Source of the DNA: a virus | Length of the DNA: 64,000 nucleotides | Reading direction: 5' to 3' (one strand) | Virus record (IMG/VR): IMGVR_UViG_3300033146_000946 | Span: 64,001-128,000 of that record | In this document: positions 51,399 through 60,073 of the stretch, piece after piece | Layout: the number at the start of each line of letters is the position of its first letter | Numbering within the stretch: the first letter of the stretch is position 1 | Translations under genes and position numbers: made by a program | Notes under the pieces: generated by a model | The model's database searches: none | What the model was told of the DNA's origin: nothing | Seen by the model: only the letters and a program-made list of their open reading frames with translations

Positions 51399-53702
51399 TT
51401 AACCTTTATTTAATTCATCTTCTAAATTATAAATTGAACTAGCAATTACACTATCATTTTTAAGTGAAAGAAGTTTAGATACAACTGTATCATAACCAAC
51501 CGTTGATTTCATTTTTGATTGATCAATCATACATATATATGTACCATTAATATATATTTCTTTATCTGTTTCAGCAACAATATTATCTAATTCTGGATTC
51601 ATAAAAACAAATGATTCTTTTAAATTATATGCTATAACATAATTTTTACCAGATAATCCTGTAACTTTAATACCATCATATTCAACTTTATTTTGTTTAT
51701 CAAAATATTTCACATAATTACAATCTAAATCTTCAACTTTTTTAGTTAAAAATTCTTTCGATTTATCAATATATAATTGATATGATTTATCAATCATAAT
51801 TTTATATTTAATATAATCAAATTTAGTTTCACATGATTTAAATACATGATTATTAATATATTCCATATTGCTAATTGATGATCTGTAACTACTATCTCTA
51901 GTTTTTAATATACAAATATTATATAATGTATTAAATACTTTTTTGCCTTTAATTTTAATATCAACACCATCAATATTCATTTCATATATATTTGTTTTAT
52001 CAGTTGTTTTAAATTTAAAATAATTTTTATCTATAAAATAACCTGAACTTAAACCAATAAATACTGACAAACCTTTTTTTGTAATATTATCAATGAATAA
52101 TTGAGCAGATGCTTGTGAATTATAACATGACATTTCTTTTAATACATTTATAATTTCATTTTTATTAATTCGTTTTTCATTAATATATGTAAAATTACTA
52201 CCATTCTTATATAATTCAATTTTAATATTTACTGTATTATTAAACTCAATAAATATATCACGTGATTCTTTAGTATAAGTAATTACCGATTCCAGATGAT
52301 TAAATATTTTTCTAGTTAATTGTTCAATTATTTCATCTTCATTTGTTTGTTTTCTAAAATATAATACCATATATTCATTTGCTAATGTATATAATCTTTC
52401 TTTTAATGATTCATCATTAAATTGAATAGCAAAATCGTTATATGAAATTTTACCTTTTTCATGTTCATATAAAATATCATCTGTAATTTTAACATCATCA
52501 CCAGTTGATTTTTGTTTTTTAATTACATATAAATATTCATTAGATAAATTCTTTAAACCTTTTAAAACATCTTTAAAAGTATGTTTATATTTATGTGAAG
52601 GTAAATATGTGCTTAAACGTAATGTTTTATCTGAACCTTCAAAATATAAATTATCTATTTTAATATTTTCACTCAAAATTTTATTTAGAGATTTATCTAT
52701 AACTTCTTCGATATCAAAAGTATGAACTTTTGGATCAGATGTAATAGTAGTAAATTGAAATTTACTACCATCACCAAATGAAATTATATATCTACCTTCA
52801 TCTAAATAATTAAAAGGTACACCTCTAAAAAGAACATTAACATAATTAATAGAATTTAACATAATAAAATCATTAGCATTATGATATAAGTCCATTGTAT
52901 CAGAACTATTATTAGTTGCTTTATCAGAATGTACAGATTTAACAATACGTTCAGAATCAGGATCTTTAAAATATGATGTTACCATACAATATCTTTTATT
53001 TTCAATATTAAATATTTTATCTATTTTAGATATTATTAATATATTATCAGTTCTATAAGAATCAGTAGAAGGATTATTTAAATTAATATCTATAAATTCT
53101 AATGGATTTACAAATGATAATTTTAATTTTTTCGCAGTATTATTAAATTTTTTAATAATATTATTTTTAATTTCAAGTTCTTTATTAAAAGTAAATTTAG
53201 CTAAATTTGTTAAAGTATCATTACTTATAATATCATCATTATATTTATCCATTAAGTCTTTAAGTTCATATACTTTTTGTTTATTAATTTTATAACTTAA
53301 AGTTGTTTTAGTAATCATTAATGTTACTATTTCATTTATAGTTAATGGTGAATTTTCTGATATTTCTGTAATAAATTCATATAAATTTTCAGTTGATGTT
53401 TGTTCTAATTTATAATTAAATCCAGTATCAATAGCTTTAGTTTTTTCAATAATAAATCCGAAATTATATGAATAAGTATCTTCTGTATATGATATAATTA
53501 AAATTAAATAACTTTTCTTTTTTATATCAATTGAAAATAAACTAAAACCATTTCTGGTATTTAATATATCTGATATATCATTAGTAAATTTTTCTACTAC
53601 ATCATAATTATTTTTAACTTCATCTAAATTTAAATAATTAAAAAATAATAGATCAAAAAATTCTTTATCTGAATTTTGTCCAGACGTACTAAATGTTTTC
53701 AT
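51399..53702 (-). CDS. Large hypothetical protein (767 aa) with a Cys-containing C-terminal domain
   Basis: Lies between the ThiF gene and groES; C-terminal 'VTGLSGKNYVI...NGTYICMID...GYDTVVSKLLSLKND'. Confidence 0.55.
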   Translation of the reverse strand: MKTFSTSGQNSDKEFFDLLFFNYLNLDEVKNNYDVVEKFTNDISDILNTRNGFSLFSIDIKKKSYLILIISYTEDTYSYNFGFIIEKTKAIDTGFNYKLEQTSTENLYEFITEISENSPLTINEIVTLMITKTTLSYKINKQKVYELKDLMDKYNDDIISNDTLTNLAKFTFNKELEIKNNIIKKFNNTAKKLKLSFVNPLEFIDINLNNPSTDSYRTDNILIISKIDKIFNIENKRYCMVTSYFKDPDSERIVKSVHSDKATNNSSDTMDLYHNANDFIMLNSINYVNVLFRGVPFNYLDEGRYIISFGDGSKFQFTTITSDPKVHTFDIEEVIDKSLNKILSENIKIDNLYFEGSDKTLRLSTYLPSHKYKHTFKDVLKGLKNLSNEYLYVIKKQKSTGDDVKITDDILYEHEKGKISYNDFAIQFNDESLKERLYTLANEYMVLYFRKQTNEDEIIEQLTRKIFNHLESVITYTKESRDIFIEFNNTVNIKIELYKNGSNFTYINEKRINKNEIINVLKEMSCYNSQASAQLFIDNITKKGLSVFIGLSSGYFIDKNYFKFKTTDKTNIYEMNIDGVDIKIKGKKVFNTLYNICILKTRDSSYRSSISNMEYINNHVFKSCETKFDYIKYKIMIDKSYQLYIDKSKEFLTKKVEDLDCNYVKYFDKQNKVEYDGIKVTGLSGKNYVIAYNLKESFVFMNPELDNIVAETDKEIYINGTYICMIDQSKMKSTVGYDTVVSKLLSLKNDSVIASSIYNLEDELNKG

Positions 53703-53714
53703 TTTTTTATCCTT

Positions 53715-54287
53715 TTAAAATATATGATTTAATTCTGTTGGTAAAATATTTTTTCTACTGTATGTTAATAGAGCTTGTGCTAAAATTTGAGCAATAATTC
53801 TATTGCCTAATTCAATTTCATTTTTTTCTAATTGATAAGGAAATTGACAACTGAAACTTTCAGTAGAATCATCGATTGTATTTAGATAATCATTTGTATC
53901 TGAACTAAATAAACCAACTGCTCTACCATTAGATCTAGAGTCAATAAATGGAATATTATTTTCCTTATAATTTTTGAAAACTTCTCTTCTAATAATATTA
54001 TTATCAGCACAAATAAGAATTAAATTATATTCTTGTAAGTCAGAATAATTAACTCGTTTTACTTCATATTCCAAGTTAAAATATCTTTCTTCTAATGCTT
54101 CTACTTTATAAGAATCAATATCACTAGATTCGAAATTTTGATATCTAATATTTTTCATTTCAACATTATCATCATCGACAGCAATAAACTCCCAATCTGA
54201 TTCAAATTGATCATTATCTATTAGATTATCAAGTGTTTCTATAAAATAAGAACCGATACCACCAGCTCCTATAATTAATACTTTCAT
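53715..54287 (-). CDS. ThiF/MoeB/E1-family adenylyltransferase
   Basis: IIGAGGIGS, DDDNVEMKNIRYQ, YKVEAL, CADN and FIDSR; no CxxC Zn pairs; a single 'FSCQ' Cys near the C-terminus. Confidence 0.88.
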   Translation of the reverse strand: MKVLIIGAGGIGSYFIETLDNLIDNDQFESDWEFIAVDDDNVEMKNIRYQNFESSDIDSYKVEALEERYFNLEYEVKRVNYSDLQEYNLILICADNNIIRREVFKNYKENNIPFIDSRSNGRAVGLFSSDTNDYLNTIDDSTESFSCQFPYQLEKNEIELGNRIIAQILAQALLTYSRKNILPTELNHIF

Positions 54288-54296
54288 TTTTATCTC

Positions 54297-54911
54297 CTAA
54301 TACTTAATTGTTGTATATTCATTTATTTTTCCATCAATTATTTTATTTGTAATTCTTATATTACAAGAACCATTGATTATTGTGTAATTTAAAAATCCAC
54401 TACATGAAAATTGTGATGTTTCTTCTGTTTTATATAAATTAGTAACATCATATTTATCATCTAATATAAAAAATAAATGATAACCTTGTCTTTTACTAAT
54501 AGGATTTTTAGAAGAAATAAATAATTTATAATCGATTAATTTATCACCTAATAATTTTTTATAAAATTTATATACTAAATCTAATCTATACATATCTGTA
54601 TCATTAAATTTTTTATTTTTTGCATCTTTTCTTATTATATAATTTAAATTAGAATGATATATTTTATTAATATTATCTATATCTAATACAAATAAATTAG
54701 TATTTTTTATATCTGTCAATATTCCAAAACTATATGATTTAGTAATTGGACTAATATTATGATTAAGTATTTCATCTAATGTAACTTGTTTATATAATCT
54801 ATATTCACTATATTCATGTTCTATATCATATTGTACTAATGTATAATTATATTTATTTATTAAATCTAAATGTATATCAGAAACCAACATCGTATTTATC
54901 CTCTTTATCAT
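54297..54911 (-). CDS. Putative AEP-superfamily (primase-polymerase-like) protein
   Basis: hhhDhD 'LFVLDID' and 'SKRQGYHLFF' motifs. Confidence 0.5.
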   Translation of the reverse strand: MIKRINTMLVSDIHLDLINKYNYTLVQYDIEHEYSEYRLYKQVTLDEILNHNISPITKSYSFGILTDIKNTNLFVLDIDNINKIYHSNLNYIIRKDAKNKKFNDTDMYRLDLVYKFYKKLLGDKLIDYKLFISSKNPISKRQGYHLFFILDDKYDVTNLYKTEETSQFSCSGFLNYTIINGSCNIRITNKIIDGKINEYTTIKY

Positions 54912-55467
54912 TATTTAAAATAGATTTATTTTTAACAGATATATATTTTCTAACATAATTTGACATGAGATTAGTTTCAATACATATCCTATTTAATTTA
55001 TAATTTTTAATACTTGATTTAGTTATTATATATTGTTTATATTCATGTTCTTCATTATAATTTAAATAAAATATATTTAATATATTAATAGGAATACCTT
55101 CAGATATTGGTTTAGAACTAATATCTAAATTTGTTACAAATTCTATTTTAACTAATTCATTAAAATTTAACTTCGATAATTTATCTAATAATTTAGTTTT
55201 ATCATATGAAATTAATAATGGAACGTTTAATATATAAATATTACTTTTATTAATAACTTTATGTCTTAAATTAATTTTACTAACTTTAGTATCTTTTTTA
55301 AAATATAAAGTTAGATTGTCGATATTATATCCATTAAATACATTTAAATATGTTGTATTTTGTGTTCGTTTTAATAATAAACTAACTGGTTCATTTGATT
55401 TTTCATTACTATATAATATAAAATTAGGTATACCAATTAATTTTGATATTTCATTTATAATAGACAT
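54877..55467 (-). CDS. Hypothetical protein (196 aa)
   Basis: ORF track. Confidence 0.5.
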   Translation of the reverse strand: MSIINEISKLIGIPNFILYSNEKSNEPVSLLLKRTQNTTYLNVFNGYNIDNLTLYFKKDTKVSKINLRHKVINKSNIYILNVPLLISYDKTKLLDKLSKLNFNELVKIEFVTNLDISSKPISEGIPINILNIFYLNYNEEHEYKQYIITKSSIKNYKLNRICIETNLMSNYVRKYISVKNKSILNNDKEDKYDVGF

Positions 55468-55469
55468 AA

Positions 55470-56060
55470 TTAACTCTCAATCAAAGTGTTATAATAATTA
55501 GAAATAATTTCCCAATCTTCTTTTAAAATACTAAGTTTATAATTATCATCTTCATATCCAGTTCTTTTATTATAATAATCAATATTATAAGTTAATATAA
55601 CTGGTATATCATCATAATTATATACAACTTTACCATGATCCTCTATAATGTTAGGTTTTTGATTCATAAATAATTCAGCTGAACTATCATCAAATGTAAC
55701 TATTAATTTAGGACCAATTATTTCAATTAAATCGTAAAATATTTCTCTTGATTTTTTTATAGTTTTTCTAGCAGCACCAAAACTTTTAGATGGTTGCGCA
55801 TAACATATAATATAATTAGTTATATTATATTTATCTAATATTGATATAAAAAATTGTTTCTCAAAATCAGCATTAAAAAAACCATGATTAGTTATAAATG
55901 GAAAAATAAATAATACACAATTATTAAAATTTTTTTTATTACCTTTTATAATTGTAAATTTACCTTTACCATTTTGATCTACTTCTAATAATTTTTTATA
56001 TTTTTCTTTCATTTCATTTAATCTTTGATTAACTGATAAATTACTACTAAACAAATCCAT
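55470..56060 (-). CDS. Uracil-DNA glycosylase family-4-like fold, probably inactive
   Basis: 'IIKGN.....VLFI', 'IEIIGPKLIVTFD..A', 'PVILTYN....' and 'EDW'; GEAPG and HP catalytic motifs are absent. Confidence 0.5.
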   Translation of the reverse strand: MDLFSSNLSVNQRLNEMKEKYKKLLEVDQNGKGKFTIIKGNKKNFNNCVLFIFPFITNHGFFNADFEKQFFISILDKYNITNYIICYAQPSKSFGAARKTIKKSREIFYDLIEIIGPKLIVTFDDSSAELFMNQKPNIIEDHGKVVYNYDDIPVILTYNIDYYNKRTGYEDDNYKLSILKEDWEIISNYYNTLIES

Positions 56061-56367
56061 TTTCTCTCCATATTTTAAATGCTTTATTAAGATTAACACA
56101 ATCATTTTTAGTTAACATTATTTCTGATTCATCATTTTCATCAGTTGATTTAACTATATTTATTAAATTATCTAAAACATCAACTGTTTTATCCCATAAT
56201 AATTCACCTATAATTTCGTGTAATGTAGATATTTTAATTGTTACCATTTTATATAGATAATAACAATCTATAATAACAACTAAATCATAAATAGTTTTTA
56301 TCATTTTAATATCGTATCTTGGTGTGTTTATTATAGGTTTATATAATAATTTTCTAAAATTAATCAT
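56047..56367 (-). CDS. Hypothetical protein (MINFRK N-terminus)
   Basis: ATG at 56367 overlaps the upstream stop. Confidence 0.5.
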   Translation of the reverse strand: MINFRKLLYKPIINTPRYDIKMIKTIYDLVVIIDCYYLYKMVTIKISTLHEIIGELLWDKTVDVLDNLINIVKSTDENDESEIMLTKNDCVNLNKAFKIWRENGFV

Positions 56368-56797
56368 TTTTAGTTCCATTTAAAAATTTTGATAGTGCAA
56401 GATATTCTCTATAAGTTATATTTTTATAATTTTGTTGTGTTATAAAATAATTATTATTATTAATATCTATATCATTATAATTAAGTGTAATATTAAATAA
56501 ATATTTATTAAACATACCTATTATAGCATTATTATTTATAATTGATCTATCATCATTTGAATTAGTATGAATTGAATATATTTTATATAATAAATCATTT
56601 AATAAATTACTTTCAATTATAAAATAATAATAAGCATAATTATTACAACCATCACAAACTTTGAATTCAGGTAAATTAATTTTTAAATCATCATAACTTA
56701 AAATATAATATTGTATTGTTTGCATAGTAGAATTAAATTTTAAACCACATACATCACAATATTTAGATTGTTTTAATTTACCATATCTCAAATTCAT
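56360..56797 (-). CDS. Hypothetical Zn-finger protein (MNLR N-terminus)
   Basis: CDVC...CDGC. Confidence 0.5.
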   Translation of the reverse strand: MNLRYGKLKQSKYCDVCGLKFNSTMQTIQYYILSYDDLKINLPEFKVCDGCNNYAYYYFIIESNLLNDLLYKIYSIHTNSNDDRSIINNNAIIGMFNKYLFNITLNYNDIDINNNNYFITQQNYKNITYREYLALSKFLNGTKND

Positions 56798-58533
56798 AAT
56801 CCCATTTCCTTAACAAATTGAGGTTTTTTATTACCAGAATAAGTTATATATAATCGTTCTTTTGCTCTAGTTATACCTACATAAAATAATCTACGTTCAC
56901 TTTCAACCACATCAGCAACTCTCTCATCTAATTTCATTTTCCAATTAGCGAAAGGTATAATGACCATTTCTGATTCTCCACCTTTAGCACCATGAATAGT
57001 TGATAACATTATTTTAGCATCTTCATTTTGTACTTCTTCTTTACCATCTAATCCAAAATTATTACATAATTCTTTAATTGAATCAGTTGTTATTTCATAA
57101 TCTTCAGCGATATCTATTAAAAAATCAGAAATAGCTTGAGGTACATCAAATGATTTAATCATATAATCTGGAAAGATTTTTAATAATTCATCTAATGATT
57201 TATTTTTTTCAGCTAATTTACAAAATTCACTTTGTAATTTAAAAGCTTGTATCATTCCTCTTTTAATTTTTTTATTAGCATCAGCTAGTCGAGATACTTG
57301 AGAATAAAATGGTTCATCTTCTACAATAACATCGAACATATTTAATTGTGGTGAATCACTTATACTTTCAACTATATTATTAGTTTTTTGTTTAATTAAT
57401 TCAACAGTTGTAGTACCTAATGCTTTCATACCTTTAGCTGCAATTTCTAAATCATAAATATCATAATCTTTTGCTGCTATTTTCATAATAGCAATATAAA
57501 CTCGAAAAGCAGATCTATCAACTAATTCAGTAGAATCATTAACTGTGTAATTTAATCTTGCTTTTTTTAATTGATATTCTAATTGCATTTTATTAGTTCT
57601 ATCACGATATAATATTAATATATCTCTATTTCTATTAGTTCTACATAAAGATACTATATAATCTATTTCAGATAAAGGATGATTAGTTTGATAGACATGT
57701 ACTATTCCATCTGTTTTATCATATGCTCTTAAATCTATTTTAGAATGAGTTATATTATGTTCAATAAGATTTCTTGAATATTTAACTATATTATTTTTAG
57801 ATCTAAAATTTAATCCTAAATTAACAACATTACATTTAAATAATTTAATAAATTTATCAACATTTCGAGGTTTAGCTCCTCGAAATTCATATATAGCTTG
57901 TGACTTATCAGCAACACCAATCATATGAGATTCATAATTATAATATAATTGTTTTAAAAATTCTAATTGTGCTAATGATGTATCTTGTAATTCATCAACT
58001 AAAATATGTGTATATGTAAATTCAGGTTGTTTTTCTTTAATAAATTCAATACCATTAAAAATAATATCATCGAAATCGTACATATTATATTTTTCTAATT
58101 CGTTATTATATTGTTCAGTATATTCACATGATCTTTGAGGATAATTAGATTTTGTAATACTAATTTCATTTTTAATTCTTTCAAATTCAGACTTATCTTT
58201 TTTACAATCAAATATTTTTCTTATAATCATATTAGATTTATTTGTATCACAAATATTAAAAGATATTCCGTTTTGACGCATTAGTCTATAAGCAATTGAA
58301 TGAAAGGTTCCACCTGAAATTCTATCAGAATTACCAGCTTTATCAATAATATCTTTTGCCGATTTATTAGTAAAAGTAATTAATAATACTTTATTATTAG
58401 AATTTTGTTGTAATATTAATCTAGCTATTTCTGCAAGTGTTGTACTTTTACCACTTCCAGGACCAGCCATAATATATGTATTTTGTTTTAGTGAGCTTTC
58501 TATAGCTTCTTGTTGTTCTTTAGTAAATTGCAT
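56794..58533 (-). CDS. uvrD: UvrD/Rep/PcrA-family SF1 helicase
   Basis: AGPGSGKS, TFTNK, TFHS, VDELQD, QAIYEFRGA, NFRS, STIHGAKG.E and ERRLFYVGITRAK. Confidence 0.92.
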   Translation of the reverse strand: MQFTKEQQEAIESSLKQNTYIMAGPGSGKSTTLAEIARLILQQNSNNKVLLITFTNKSAKDIIDKAGNSDRISGGTFHSIAYRLMRQNGISFNICDTNKSNMIIRKIFDCKKDKSEFERIKNEISITKSNYPQRSCEYTEQYNNELEKYNMYDFDDIIFNGIEFIKEKQPEFTYTHILVDELQDTSLAQLEFLKQLYYNYESHMIGVADKSQAIYEFRGAKPRNVDKFIKLFKCNVVNLGLNFRSKNNIVKYSRNLIEHNITHSKIDLRAYDKTDGIVHVYQTNHPLSEIDYIVSLCRTNRNRDILILYRDRTNKMQLEYQLKKARLNYTVNDSTELVDRSAFRVYIAIMKIAAKDYDIYDLEIAAKGMKALGTTTVELIKQKTNNIVESISDSPQLNMFDVIVEDEPFYSQVSRLADANKKIKRGMIQAFKLQSEFCKLAEKNKSLDELLKIFPDYMIKSFDVPQAISDFLIDIAEDYEITTDSIKELCNNFGLDGKEEVQNEDAKIMLSTIHGAKGGESEMVIIPFANWKMKLDERVADVVESERRLFYVGITRAKERLYITYSGNKKPQFVKEMGL

Positions 58534-58796
58534 TACATTAATCCTATTTTGAGAGAATAATCTATTTCATTAATAGTCATATAAATATAAATTATACTAT
58601 CCTGTTTTTTAACATCAAATTTATTAAAATTAGTATTTTGATGTTTTGTTAATATTATAATTACATCATCAATAATATTATTTTTTATATTGTCATCCAT
58701 ATAAAGACCAATATATTTAAACTCTAATAAATCAAATATATCTTTTGATATAGATTTTAATAATTCATTTGTTTTTGGTTTTCTTAAATTAATCAT
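58533..58796 (-). CDS. Hypothetical protein (MINLRK N-terminus)
   Basis: Translationally coupled ORF. Confidence 0.5.
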   Translation of the reverse strand: MINLRKPKTNELLKSISKDIFDLLEFKYIGLYMDDNIKNNIIDDVIIILTKHQNTNFNKFDVKKQDSIIYIYMTINEIDYSLKIGLM

Positions 58797-58941
58797 TTAT
58801 TTCATCCAAGAATAAAAGTTTATTCAATGTTGTTATATGTTTATTATTTTGTCTTCCAACTTTAACAGTCCAAATTTGAGTTTTTGTATTATAAGTAATT
58901 TTATTATTATTTAATTTATATTTAATCTTTCTTAGATTCAT
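58789..58941 (-). CDS. Small hypothetical protein (50 aa, MNLRKIKY)
   Basis: The internal ATG of track ORF 58789-59025 avoids a long overlap with the upstream gene. Confidence 0.5.
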   Translation of the reverse strand: MNLRKIKYKLNNNKITYNTKTQIWTVKVGRQNNKHITTLNKLLFLDEIND

Positions 58942-59314
58942 TTTGTTGTTCTTTTTCAAGATAATATAAAAACATAGCGTTAACTGCGATGGCTGCCAGA
59001 TGTTGTCCAAATGGATAATCTTCATCTGTTAATTGACCACTTAAATATTTTAACATATGTCTAAAAAGACTATTTTTAATTCTATCGATTTCTAATTTTT
59101 GCCAATTATAATCACCATGAACTTTAGCACCTTCAGTTAAAATATAAGCCATTTCTTCTAAAAATTCTGGATTAATTAATGCAGGTCTAATTTTACCAGC
59201 ATCATTTTTAGTTCCACCTTTTTCATTTTTAGGCATTTCTTTTCTAAGTTTTTCAAAATATTCTTTTGAAAAATGTTGTTTATTAAATTTTAAATCTTCT
59301 TTATCTTTTTCCAT
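58922..59314 (-). CDS. dATP/dGTP diphosphohydrolase-domain protein (DUF5664-like)
   Basis: G.K.D.GK.R..L......E.A.IL..GA..HG..NW....R....L.RH......D......HLA....NA.FL. Confidence 0.8.
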   Translation of the reverse strand: MEKDKEDLKFNKQHFSKEYFEKLRKEMPKNEKGGTKNDAGKIRPALINPEFLEEMAYILTEGAKVHGDYNWQKLEIDRIKNSLFRHMLKYLSGQLTDEDYPFGQHLAAIAVNAMFLYYLEKEQQNESKKD

Positions 59315-59384
59315 AATTTCTCCTATTTATAAAAACAGGTTTGCTGCTCCCAAAATTTTTAAATTTATAATAAGAGCAACGCAC

Positions 59385-59582
59385 CTATACGACAGTTGTA
59401 TTATGTCTATTAATAAAATCAGCAATACGATTATATGCTTCTTCATTAGTAAGTACATCATGATGTAATCGACTAGGTTGTAAAGGTGATAATGTAATTT
59501 CACCACAAGGATTTTGTATTATTTTTGTTATTTTTTTTTTTGGTACATAATTTTGTTTATATTTTATAAATCTTAAATTCAT
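59385..59582 (-). CDS. Small hypothetical protein (MNLR N-terminus) containing NPCGEITL
   Basis: ORF track. Confidence 0.5.
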   Translation of the reverse strand: MNLRFIKYKQNYVPKKKITKIIQNPCGEITLSPLQPSRLHHDVLTNEEAYNRIADFINRHNTTVV

Positions 59583-59896
59583 ATCATATTTACCTTACCA
59601 TGAATATCTAATTGTCGTTGATGATATAAAGTATGATATTCAGTAATATATTTTGGAATATTCACATATTGTAAATCTTCCCGTGGTATAAAAACACATA
59701 TTCTCCATTTAGAAGATTTATAATGATAATTTTTAGTTAAACCATAATATTTACCATTAGCACTAGTTTGTATAATAAAAACTTCTGATGTATCTAATGT
59801 TTCATATTTAATTTTTAATGCTTTAATTAAAATATCAAATTCGTTTTTATATCTATTTTTTATATTAAAAGTAATAGCTATTAATCTTAAATTCAT
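59579..59896 (-). CDS. Hypothetical protein (MNLR N-terminus)
   Basis: ORF track; translationally coupled. Confidence 0.5.
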   Translation of the reverse strand: MNLRLIAITFNIKNRYKNEFDILIKALKIKYETLDTSEVFIIQTSANGKYYGLTKNYHYKSSKWRICVFIPREDLQYVNIPKYITEYHTLYHQRQLDIHGKVNMI

Positions 59897-59898
59897 AA

Positions 59899-60063
59899 TT
59901 ATTCTTCAATATCATATATTTCTTCAAAATCATCAGGTATAATAAAACATTCAAATGTACCTTTACATGAATTACATTCAATTATAATATTTACACCACC
60001 ATCTTGTTCTTGAATATTACTTTTATTAACAGGTATATTTTTATTACATTTTGGGCATTGCAT
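59899..60063 (-). CDS. Small Zn-ribbon protein (54 aa), missing from the ORF track
   Basis: Hand translation MQCPKC...ECNSCKG...; AAGGAG RBS. Confidence 0.6.
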   Translation of the reverse strand: MQCPKCNKNIPVNKSNIQEQDGGVNIIIECNSCKGTFECFIIPDDFEEIYDIEE

Positions 60064-60073
60064 AATTTACTCC

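Noticed and set aside
50896-54287. Ordinary thiamine (thiS-thiF) or molybdopterin (moaD-moeB) operon
   Set aside because: No thiG/thiO/thiH/moaE in the window, and the E1 lacks the Zn-binding CxxC pairs of canonical ThiF/MoeB. This cannot be fully excluded without the rest of the genome.
59314-59387. TAG read-through stimulated by the downstream hairpin
   Set aside because: The read-through frame is not in frame with the diphosphohydrolase gene and stops shortly afterwards.
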